From contig NZ_CP045650.1 of NCBI RefSeq assembly GCF_009557235.1, positions 180,001 through 212,000 of the forward strand: DNA of 32,000 nucleotides, written 5' to 3'. The DNA comes from Acinetobacter wanghuae. GTDB taxonomy: Bacteria > Pseudomonadota > Gammaproteobacteria > Pseudomonadales > Moraxellaceae. How positions within the stretch are numbered: position 1 is the stretch's first letter; every line of letters starts with the position of its first letter. The position numbers and the translations under genes are program-made. Shown here one piece after another: positions 20,660 to 28,012 of this stretch. A model generated the notes under the pieces. The model was not told where the DNA came from, made no database searches, and saw only the letters and a list, made by a program, of their open reading frames with translations.

Positions 20660-20959
20660 TTATTGAATTGCATCAAGCCAATTTTGAATATCTTCGGATT
20701 TCCATGCGGTGATCCGATCTGATAGTCGATATGGCTGAGGAAAGCTTCCCTGACGAACTTTATCCCATATCGTTGACTCACCTAAGGGAAGTAATCCTAT
20801 GCGAGCGGGACGTGCTTTAATATGCCGAATTTTTCCGTCTTTAGTAATATATGATCGTGCTCTCCTCTCTGCAGTAGTAGCAATTTGACTCATGCGAAGC
20901 CATTGGCTTGGCATTCTAGTCTGATAATCTGTATTCAAAGTTTTAGATGAATTTAACAT
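20660..20959 (-). CDS. alpA: AlpA/MerR-type excisionase-like DNA-binding protein
   Basis: The C-terminal half, IGLLPLGESTIWDKVRQGSFPQPYRLSDRITAWKSEDIQNWLDAI, matches the AlpA (Phage_AlpA) HTH pattern. It sits directly upstream of int. The N-terminus is unusually long, so the true start may be internal. Confidence 0.7.
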   Translation of the reverse strand: MLNSSKTLNTDYQTRMPSQWLRMSQIATTAERRARSYITKDGKIRHIKARPARIGLLPLGESTIWDKVRQGSFPQPYRLSDRITAWKSEDIQNWLDAIQ

Positions 20960-21090
20960 GCTTAAAACACCCCTATTTCAAATTCAGTATAGGGAGAATT
21001 TTCTTACTTTTTGTTTGAAATATTTTTAAGTGATTGTTATTTGTTCTATCGCGTTTTGTGGGCTTAAATTTATTCTAATTAAGACTTTTT

Positions 21091-21125
21091 ACAGCACCAT
21101 AGCTAGTTAAAAACTATGGTGCTGT
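21091..21125. terminator. 12-bp perfect inverted repeat just downstream of int
   Basis: The arms are acagcaccatag (21091-21102) and ctatggtgctgt (21114-21125). There is no clear U-tract on the minus strand, so this is a terminator or a protein-binding site. Confidence 0.4.
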
Positions 21126-21137
21126 TACCAATATTTT

Positions 21138-22409
21138 TTAAGCTGATTTATTAAAAAGAATAATATTCTCTTCTTGAAGTGGTTTAAAAACAGATACGTC
21201 TCCACCTTGACGTAAAGTGTCCAAATAGTCTGCCCATAACTGCATTAGCTCACGTCTACGGCGTAAAAACTTAGTACGGTTATAAGCAGTCCCATTAGGA
21301 TCACGTACCGTATGCGCTAATTGGTGTTCAATAATATCAATACGATACTCAAGCTCTTCACCTAAAATTGTACGTGCGGTTGCTCTAAAGCCATGTGCCG
21401 TGTGTTTGCCTTTATAGCCCAGTCTATTGAGTGCTTGACGAATCGTATCCTCACTCATGCTTTCATGAGATGACTTCACACTAGGAAATACAAATTCTGA
21501 AGTTGTCCGCATATCTTCAAGCTGTTTCAAAATGTCAAAAGCTTGACGAGAGAGGGGAACGATATGCTCTTGATGAGTTTTACTCGCACGAAAGCACAGA
21601 CGTTGATTATCAAAATCGACATGCTCCCATAACAATTCACGGATCTCATTTGGACGTTGATAGATATATGCTGAAAGCTTCAACGCAAGCTCTGTTCTTA
21701 AACGTGCACGAGGATTCTCCGCATGATATCGCCAAATCTTTTGGAGCATTGTTTTAAGCTCTGATTCGCTTACTACCGCGTTGTGATTACCTTTAATAGG
21801 CTTGGGTAAGGTAATGTCATAAGCTGGGTTATATGTGATGAGACGGCGTTTAAGCGGAAGCTTTAAAACCATACCCATAATAGATTTGGCACGGCGAGCT
21901 GACTCGAGCGCACCGCGTTCAACAAGGCTATTCGTTACATCACGCTCAAGCTGTTCGACACTTAAATCAGTCACAGGTAATTTGCCAATAAATGGCAAGA
22001 TATCACGGTTGAGTTTGCGGATTGTTTCTCGGTCTACTTTCCCTTCAAGCTCACGAATTTTGAGCCATTCAGTAGCAAATTTTTCAAAGGTATTCTCAAG
22101 TTTTGCTTTTAGTTCATCTCGATGGTGATTACGTTCCTCTGCGGGATCAATGCCATCAGCAAGCATACGCTTAACTTCATCACGCTTTAGGCGTGCTTTT
22201 TCTAGTGTGACTTCATCATAGATACCCAAAGCTAAGGTATTTCGTTTTTGACTGATTGGGCGGCGGTAATCTAAACGCCAATATTTTGATCCATTCTTAT
22301 GAATGAAAAGATACAACCCACCACCATCAGCATACTTATTAGTGCTATCAGGATCATAAGCTAGATTTTTCACAGTTTTAGCTGTCAGTTTGTTGGATTG
22401 CTTAGCCAA
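21138..22409 (-). CDS. int: P4-type tyrosine integrase (DUF4102 N-domain plus phage integrase catalytic domain)
   Basis: The 423-aa protein contains GGGLYLFIHKNGSKYWRLDYRRP (the arm-binding domain) and, in the C-terminal region, HGFRATARTIL...HQLAH...AYNR. It has a TTG start 6-7 nt after a GAGG Shine-Dalgarno. Confidence 0.9.
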   Translation of the reverse strand: MAKQSNKLTAKTVKNLAYDPDSTNKYADGGGLYLFIHKNGSKYWRLDYRRPISQKRNTLALGIYDEVTLEKARLKRDEVKRMLADGIDPAEERNHHRDELKAKLENTFEKFATEWLKIRELEGKVDRETIRKLNRDILPFIGKLPVTDLSVEQLERDVTNSLVERGALESARRAKSIMGMVLKLPLKRRLITYNPAYDITLPKPIKGNHNAVVSESELKTMLQKIWRYHAENPRARLRTELALKLSAYIYQRPNEIRELLWEHVDFDNQRLCFRASKTHQEHIVPLSRQAFDILKQLEDMRTTSEFVFPSVKSSHESMSEDTIRQALNRLGYKGKHTAHGFRATARTILGEELEYRIDIIEHQLAHTVRDPNGTAYNRTKFLRRRRELMQLWADYLDTLRQGGDVSVFKPLQEENIILFNKSA

Positions 22410-22481
22410 TTTTTAACCTCATTTGACGGTATAAATTTCAGGAAAAACGGAACTCTCCTCATAAATAGGCAGTTTTTAATG

Positions 22482-22637
22482 ATATACCGTCAAATGTACC
22501 GACAACTATGTCGGGATACTACTAGACTGCGCCGTAGTGTACAGGCATAAAAAAAGGCTTGAACCCTTTAGATTCAAGCCTTTCGCACTACGGTACAGTC
22601 CCGTAAAAGTCGAATTTGGCGGTGAAAGAGGGAGTCG
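22482..22637. repeat. att-like module B (junction of island 1 and island 2), containing a tRNA 3'-end-like fragment
   Basis: A 23-bp block lies at 22482-22504. A nested hairpin has an outer stem ccgtagtg (22532-22539) / cactacgg (22586-22593) and an inner minus-strand terminator aaaggcttgaa (22553-22563) / ttcaagccttt (22573-22583) followed by T7. A 21-bp block lies at 22610-22630. The reverse complement of 22617-22637 is CGACTCCCTCTTTCACCGCCA, which reads as T-loop, T-stem, acceptor, G73 and CCA. No tRNA body follows it. Confidence 0.75.
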
Positions 22638-22693
22638 TAAATAAATATTAAGTAATTGTATTTATAGATTTTTTATTTTTATAATATGTGAAT

Positions 22694-22717
22694 ATACCAA
22701 CAAAAATACCAACAAAA
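22694..22717 (+). repeat. Perfect tandem 12-bp repeat, ataccaacaaaa x2
   Basis: Read directly from the sequence. It resembles the TACCGTCA octamer pairs at the island 1 ends and has the same 12-bp phasing. Confidence 0.9.
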
Positions 22718-22748
22718 TTTTAAATGCCACTTATCCTAAATATTCTAT

Positions 22749-22943
22749 TTATTCTTTAAATGTATCATTCAAAGCTTGCTGCACGGCATCTACTCGTGAT
22801 TTGCAGGCTTTATAGGCAGACATGGATTCTTCAACGATTTGCATCAAATTATCAATGTCGGGCTCTTCTTGTGACTCAAGCAGTTCGGCATTCTTTTTAA
22901 GAATGTCATAGCCCTCTTTAAACGATAATTCTTTCTTATTCAT
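22749..22943 (-). CDS. xseB: Exodeoxyribonuclease VII small subunit-like protein
   Basis: The 64-aa helical protein contains LSFKEGYDILKKNAELLESQEEPDIDNLMQIVEESMSAYKACKSRVDAVQQAL. This follows the XseB pattern (SFEEAL..LE.IV..LE.G.l.Leesl..fe.G..L...c...L..ae.kv). It overlaps xseA by 8 nt. Confidence 0.8.
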   Translation of the reverse strand: MNKKELSFKEGYDILKKNAELLESQEEPDIDNLMQIVEESMSAYKACKSRVDAVQQALNDTFKE

Positions 22944-24198
22944 TACTTGATACCTGTATCACGTTGGCTTCAATGATCCCATCCTGTAATTCTACATGGA
23001 TACTGTCACCTGAAATTTGCTGGATAGAGCGAATAGCTTTGCCTTGGCTGCGGACTATACCGTAACCTTTTGCCATCACATTATGTGGATTTTGCACGAG
23101 AGTCTCACGCATTAATGATTCAACCTCATTGGAGGCTAACTTAATTTTCTGTTGGGCTAAGTAATGTGTTGAGCCTTTAATTATATCTAAAGTCTTATTC
23201 GCTTGATTGATCTGTCCATGCGCAAGGGTCTTGATCATTTTAATATACTGATCATTTTGGCTCTGATACGCCGTAATTTGATGCTGAGATAAAAGTTTGA
23301 TGGTCTGTAGTGATTCGATTACTTCCTGAGTACGTTCAATAATCAAATTGCGAATACCACCAATCACTTTACTTGGAGTATCAAATGATCGATGAGCGAC
23401 TTCATCTAATATCGTTCGATCCTTCTCGTGACCAATTCCGACCCAAATAGGGACTGATCGTTTAGCTAGAAGTGCAGCTAATTTGTAGTCATTCAGATAA
23501 GCCAAGTCATTTACCGCTCCGCCACCACGAATAATAACGATCAGATCAGGAGCAGTGTCAAAGTTTGAAGCCCATTGACGTAAACCATTACCTAGTGAAT
23601 CAATGATACTTATAGCAGCAGTATTTCCTTGGAAGGTCGCATTGTGATAAATGAAATGACATACACCGGCTTTATCTAATGTATCTGCATCTTTCTTAAA
23701 ATCACCTAATCCTGCGGCTTTTTCAGGAGCTATGACCAATACATTTTGGATGTCGAAAGGAGTAGGAATAGATTTATTTTTATCTAACAAACTCTCAGTG
23801 CGTAATCGTTCTAATATCTGTTGATAACGGCGTGCAATATCACCTAGGGTATAGCTTGAATCAATATCTTCAACATTGACTGAAAAGCCGTATTGAGGAT
23901 CAAACTTAGCTTTAATTTTAATTAATACGTTTAAATCCTTTGATAGCTCAATACCACTTTCACGTTCGAACTTTAAAACCATCTTGGCGGCAGAGAACTT
24001 CCAGATGGTTGCTTTGCAGCTGGCAATGACCTTATCTGTATTTTCATCTTTCTCAGCCAGCTCTAAATAATAGTGACCACCTTTAATACTGAGGTTTCGG
24101 ATTTCAGCTTTTACCCATACCGGTTCATCAAAAGCTATACGGATAACTTCTTGGACCGTTGCAAGGTATGCGCTTAAAGAAAGTTGAGATTCTGTCAT
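22936..24198 (-). CDS. xseA: Exodeoxyribonuclease VII large subunit-like protein (divergent)
   Basis: The 420-aa protein has an N-terminal OB fold (VWVKAEIRNLSIKGGHYYLELAEKD). The catalytic core is IIRGGGAVNDLAYLNDYKLAALLAKRSVPIWVGIGHEKDRTILDEVAHRSFDTPSKV, comparable to E. coli GRGGGSLEDLW...VGHETDVT...APTPSAA. The C-terminus has AKGYGIV, comparable to ARGYSV. Confidence 0.85.
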   Translation of the reverse strand: MTESQLSLSAYLATVQEVIRIAFDEPVWVKAEIRNLSIKGGHYYLELAEKDENTDKVIASCKATIWKFSAAKMVLKFERESGIELSKDLNVLIKIKAKFDPQYGFSVNVEDIDSSYTLGDIARRYQQILERLRTESLLDKNKSIPTPFDIQNVLVIAPEKAAGLGDFKKDADTLDKAGVCHFIYHNATFQGNTAAISIIDSLGNGLRQWASNFDTAPDLIVIIRGGGAVNDLAYLNDYKLAALLAKRSVPIWVGIGHEKDRTILDEVAHRSFDTPSKVIGGIRNLIIERTQEVIESLQTIKLLSQHQITAYQSQNDQYIKMIKTLAHGQINQANKTLDIIKGSTHYLAQQKIKLASNEVESLMRETLVQNPHNVMAKGYGIVRSQGKAIRSIQQISGDSIHVELQDGIIEANVIQVSSNE

Positions 24199-25470
24199 TT
24201 AGTTTTTTAAATTTTTTATTATTAATAAATATGCTATACAGCAGAAAAAAACAATTGAAAAAAAGTAAAAGTAATTTATTTTAGAAAATAAACTAAATAA
24301 AAAATCTATATTAATAATGCAGACACCAATTAAAAAACCAATAAATAGAGACACTATCAATAAAAAAATTTGATGACATAAAATTTTTTGATTTACAGGC
24401 TTAATTTCCTTTTTCCATTCAGTGGATAATTCCTTAGGAAGTTTAGCGGATTCATTGAATTGCTTAATTTGAATTCTAATATGCGTTAGATTGTAGGCTT
24501 GTTGACATCCAGAATAAAATACCATCATTAAATACACTAGAAAACCAGCATAGATATAGGTATTAACTTTATCAGGATCTTTAAAAAAAGTAATAGCTGA
24601 AATAGTTAATGGAATAGCGAGAATTTGACTTTGTAGATCAGTAATAACCTTATTAACTTTATTTAGAAATTCTTCGGAATGTTTATTAATTTTTTCAATA
24701 AATTTTGAGTACTTAAAATCATCTAGATATAAACTATATTTAGATTTTGTATCATTGATGACATTTTCTATATTTTTGATTAAATTGAAAATTCTATCAT
24801 TTTTATCTATTGTTATTAGATTCTCTATAATTTCAGTAGCAACAATAACATATAGTTCACTTTTATGAGCATTTAGGGGTTCAGTAACATCACCCTCCGT
24901 TTTTTGTTCAGTAATCCAATTTAAAAACTCTTGGAGAGATTTGGTTAATTTTTTATTTTCTTTGTATAGTTTGACTGAATCAAGGTATTTTTCAAAGGCA
25001 CGTGGTTGTACAGGAACTTCACAGTAATTTTTGGAGAAAAAAATTAAAACATTGTCTTTCTGGTAGTAATTTTCAGAAAGACATCGTATAAATTTAGTAA
25101 ATAACTTTAACTCAGGAATATAATCAGCCTGACCATTCTTCATCTCATTAAGATTCTCATATATTACATCAGCATCACTGCAATTAATTTTTTTAGTGAT
25201 ATCCAATTTATGCTGAATGTAACTTTGATAAGTCGCGTAATTACTTGAGTCTTGTATTAAGTTCAGTCTAAATAGGCTAGTCTCATTTGCTTTCGGCGTT
25301 ATTCCATCAAACTTAAAATCGTCCCCAAAAGTTTGCTCGATGAATACATTAATAAGAGCGATATCAGCCGCTGTGACAGGTGTTACTGTCCCAGAGATAC
25401 TGTTGTTTTTGAAATCGAGATCGTTACTTAAAGCAAGTAATTCCTCAATCTTCGCTTTCTTTTGGCTCAT
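24199..25470 (-). CDS. Hypothetical multi-pass membrane protein: a ~280-aa cytoplasmic domain plus about 4 C-terminal TM helices
   Basis: The 423-aa protein has hydrophobic segments ILAIPLTISAITFF, YIYAGFLVYLMMVFYSG, IFLLIVSLFIGFLIGVCIINI and YFYFFSIVFFCCIAYLLII. Its TAA abuts the xseA ATG. Its start is overlapped by 26 nt of the upstream gene. The coding DNA is extremely AT-rich. Confidence 0.7.
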   Translation of the reverse strand: MSQKKAKIEELLALSNDLDFKNNSISGTVTPVTAADIALINVFIEQTFGDDFKFDGITPKANETSLFRLNLIQDSSNYATYQSYIQHKLDITKKINCSDADVIYENLNEMKNGQADYIPELKLFTKFIRCLSENYYQKDNVLIFFSKNYCEVPVQPRAFEKYLDSVKLYKENKKLTKSLQEFLNWITEQKTEGDVTEPLNAHKSELYVIVATEIIENLITIDKNDRIFNLIKNIENVINDTKSKYSLYLDDFKYSKFIEKINKHSEEFLNKVNKVITDLQSQILAIPLTISAITFFKDPDKVNTYIYAGFLVYLMMVFYSGCQQAYNLTHIRIQIKQFNESAKLPKELSTEWKKEIKPVNQKILCHQIFLLIVSLFIGFLIGVCIINIDFLFSLFSKINYFYFFSIVFFCCIAYLLIIKNLKN

Positions 25471-26680
25471 TTATTGTACCTTGGTTCAGCTGCTGCCTTA
25501 ATGTTGCCACATCACGCAGCTCAACCTTAATTTTGACATATGGGCTATCGGGATCTTCCTCATTAAGCTCTATTGTATTTCCTGCATGCGATCGCATACC
25601 AGAAATTTTTATTGGCTCACTACCTTCGACTTTAATATCGAATTTTAACTGACCTAAACCTTTTACAGTTGTCCTATCAGGAAAGAATACATTACCAACT
25701 TCATCATCTTTAAATCCATTTGCTATTCTATAATTCTTAAATAAATTTGAAGATAAATCTATGTCACGCTGCGCTGCAATTTCATTAATGATTGGATCAA
25801 TATCACTTGTGATGTTAACAGGAAGTTTCTGTTCAGCTTTGTCGGCGAGCAAATTATAAACTAACTTATCTATAACATCTCTATCATTGTTAGCAAATGG
25901 GCTTGTGCCTAGATATCCTCTCAAGGTAAGCATTAGGTGTTTTGTAGTTTTAGCATCGTCAATTTTGTATTTAACAGGAATAAAGTTTTGTACATATTGT
26001 GGAATCTGTTCTTTACCTTTTTGAACCCACCAAACATAATTCGGTAAATCAGTGGTATTGTCTTCTGTTGCATTATTTTCTTGTTCTTTTAATTTTATAT
26101 AATGGTCATACATGCCATTAATATCTACTTTTAAAGCAATTTTAAAAGTATTCGAATTTAAGCTTGTTGTATCTAATATTTCGCCTGTATTCTCATCTAT
26201 AGTTATATCATCTTGTACATTTAACAAGGCAATATAAAGATAAAAAATATCATTTTTCTCATATAATATGATTGGAACATGGTCACCAGTTGTCGCTGGC
26301 ATGCTATAAACATGATGATCTAAGGCATGTGTAATAACTGCCAGATAACGGCGATATTGAGTTTGATAAATGTTTTCGACTGCTAAGTTTGTTTTTTCTA
26401 CATCGTGCCTATCGTCTAAAAGGTTTCCATCAAAAAGATACTCCTTGGAGATATTACTTAGCGTAGGCGTTTTTGTAAAATCAGATGCACATGAACTAGC
26501 ATATCCATATTTTTCCCGTTGAGTCTCTAAAAAATTAATCAGCTTTATTGCATTTTTATTATGTGGGTGCAAATTTGCGCGTATTAAAGGAGCTGTTCGA
26601 TTTTCTCTTTTTTGATGCTGTTCACGAATGATTTTATTAATAATCATTGCATGAACAATAATGTCATTCGAACCACTCAT
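25445..26680 (-). CDS. NA37/NdpA(YejK)-like nucleoid-associated DNA-binding protein with an ~80-aa C-terminal extension
   Basis: The 411-aa protein starts with IIVHAMIINKIIRE (family pattern: hydrophobic-H-x-I). It contains PIILYEKNDIFYLYIALLNVQDDITIDENTGEILDT...FKIALKVDINGM...NYVWWVQKGKEQIPQYVQNFI. This parallels YejK: LLFCHY...LLVAVLNN...RVNENLDI...ARIDLTEW...[22 protein letters not shown]. The assignment is from memory of the family, not a search. Confidence 0.5.
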   Translation of the reverse strand: MSGSNDIIVHAMIINKIIREQHQKRENRTAPLIRANLHPHNKNAIKLINFLETQREKYGYASSCASDFTKTPTLSNISKEYLFDGNLLDDRHDVEKTNLAVENIYQTQYRRYLAVITHALDHHVYSMPATTGDHVPIILYEKNDIFYLYIALLNVQDDITIDENTGEILDTTSLNSNTFKIALKVDINGMYDHYIKLKEQENNATEDNTTDLPNYVWWVQKGKEQIPQYVQNFIPVKYKIDDAKTTKHLMLTLRGYLGTSPFANNDRDVIDKLVYNLLADKAEQKLPVNITSDIDPIINEIAAQRDIDLSSNLFKNYRIANGFKDDEVGNVFFPDRTTVKGLGQLKFDIKVEGSEPIKISGMRSHAGNTIELNEEDPDSPYVKIKVELRDVATLRQQLNQGTINEPKESED

Positions 26681-26755
26681 ACTAAATTACCCTTACCGAA
26701 ATATATGTTAAACAAAATTTTAAATGATGCACTTTATAAAGCTTATATATTCAAA

Positions 26756-27241
26756 TTACGTTTGAACGGGAATCAAATTTAATTTCCACTGAATTCCAAA
26801 TTGTTCATTTAGATACTGTGATATAGCCTCTTTACAAGTTTCGTATTGAGTAGCCTTATAAAGAACTGCATTGCATCCAGTTGAAACGCCGTATCGAGTA
26901 AAACCTTCAATGGCATCATCAGCAGTAGTTACATTAGTAAGGAATATATGTGCCTTACCATTTTTAATAAATCTATTGATGTCCTTTAGTTTTGGGGCAA
27001 TTTCTTCAGGAAGAATAATTTCCACAACATGGTATGGGTCTTTAGAGACTGGCTGGATTATGTAATCTATGCCTCTGGTCATCCCACCACTAAAACTTTG
27101 AGCGGTTTCATCTGCGGATTCAACATCATCAAAGAGTCCTGTCTCAATCGCTTCTTGTTGTGACTCTGTAGTAGTAAGCCAACCGTCATCATCCGGAATG
27201 ATGTAGCAGTTTTCTGAAATTAGTTTAATTATATAAGACAT
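26756..27241 (-). CDS. Hypothetical acidic protein (161 aa)
   Basis: It is a clean ORF lying 75 nt upstream of the NA37-like gene on the same strand. I recognise no family. Confidence 0.5.
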   Translation of the reverse strand: MSYIIKLISENCYIIPDDDGWLTTTESQQEAIETGLFDDVESADETAQSFSGGMTRGIDYIIQPVSKDPYHVVEIILPEEIAPKLKDINRFIKNGKAHIFLTNVTTADDAIEGFTRYGVSTGCNAVLYKATQYETCKEAISQYLNEQFGIQWKLNLIPVQT

Positions 27242-27336
27242 ATATTTCCTAATATTTTCTTTCTTAGCAATGCTTTATAACGCTTATTGGTGAATTTTCC
27301 AACAACTATGTTTAGGCATGTTTAGTTATTCTATAA

Positions 27337-27615
27337 TTAATTCTTCATCGCATCGTAATCATGGCGATGCAGGGCGTATTGTTGATCTAAATAAATAGCG
27401 AAATCCTCAAGCCTGACCATCCACGGCGCCTTGGCTGATTGTTCAAGTTTAAATGCTGGAAATGGCAATTCATGAAAATTAGCTTTCTTGCGTGCTGTTT
27501 TCACATCCATATGAGTGAAGAAGTCCTCAACTATAGTATCTAAATGTACTACAGGGGAGACATATCTCATGCATAGCATTGTGAAAGTATTAAGCTTGGG
27601 ATCTCGTATCTTCAT
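27337..27615 (-). CDS. PrtN-family (pyocin activator-like) DNA-binding protein
   Basis: The 92-aa protein contains FTMLCMRY...VHLDTIVEDFFTHMDVKTARKKANFHELPFPAFKLEQSAKAPWMVRLEDFAIYLD. This matches the PrtN pattern (DYFsHLt...RK...gEi.LP..R.e.SQK...gVhl.DLA.YID). Confidence 0.55.
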   Translation of the reverse strand: MKIRDPKLNTFTMLCMRYVSPVVHLDTIVEDFFTHMDVKTARKKANFHELPFPAFKLEQSAKAPWMVRLEDFAIYLDQQYALHRHDYDAMKN

Positions 27616-27909
27616 TTAATTTATTCTCTTTCTGCCACGTTTATTCGTTAGGTTTGTTTTTAAAAGTGGTATTACTTTATTCGGGTCATAAAGGTGTTTG
27701 CCTGCTGTACCGACATTAAAAGAACCAATTTTTTCTATGATAGTTGTTCTAGACATTGGGAACCTTTTAAGAATCCAAGCGATATCAACGAGATCGGGGT
27801 ATTGTTCTATTTCCAATGCAATAACTGTAGCGCCGTAGATTGAATCTCCTAGGCATATTTTGGGTGGATTTTCTGACTCGATAGTGATGATATATTTTTG
27901 CTTAAACAT
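27616..27909 (-). CDS. Hypothetical small protein with a possible HTH and a basic tail
   Basis: The 97-aa protein contains MSRTTIIEKIG, a possible HTH, and ends in KRGRKRIN. Its stop abuts the PrtN-like start, which suggests translational coupling. It is the first gene of the leftward operon. Confidence 0.5.
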   Translation of the reverse strand: MFKQKYIITIESENPPKICLGDSIYGATVIALEIEQYPDLVDIAWILKRFPMSRTTIIEKIGSFNVGTAGKHLYDPNKVIPLLKTNLTNKRGRKRIN

Positions 27910-28012
27910 AATTTAAAACTCTGATTTTTTAATAGATATGACCGATAAGTAATAGATAGGTCCTTTGATACCTTATGTCCGTACTTTTGGTTGTTTTTCA
28001 TACATGGATTAT

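Larger units (their letters stand above)
14679..22637 (-). mobile_element. Integrative island 1 (about 8 kb): int, alpA-like, Rep-like and cargo, bracketed by homologous att-like modules
   Basis: A P4-type integrase sits at the right end. Collinear modules lie at 14679-14825 and 22482-22637. The DNA is more AT-rich than the flanking core genes, and all genes are on the minus strand. Confidence 0.75.

Noticed and set aside
22749-24198. Interpreting xseA/xseB here as the ordinary housekeeping ExoVII locus
   Set aside because: The pair is fused into an operon with a membrane protein and an NA37-like protein. It lies to the right of a tRNA-fragment att junction, inside AT-rich mobile DNA. The XseA sequence is strongly diverged. 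This cannot be fully excluded without the rest of the genome.
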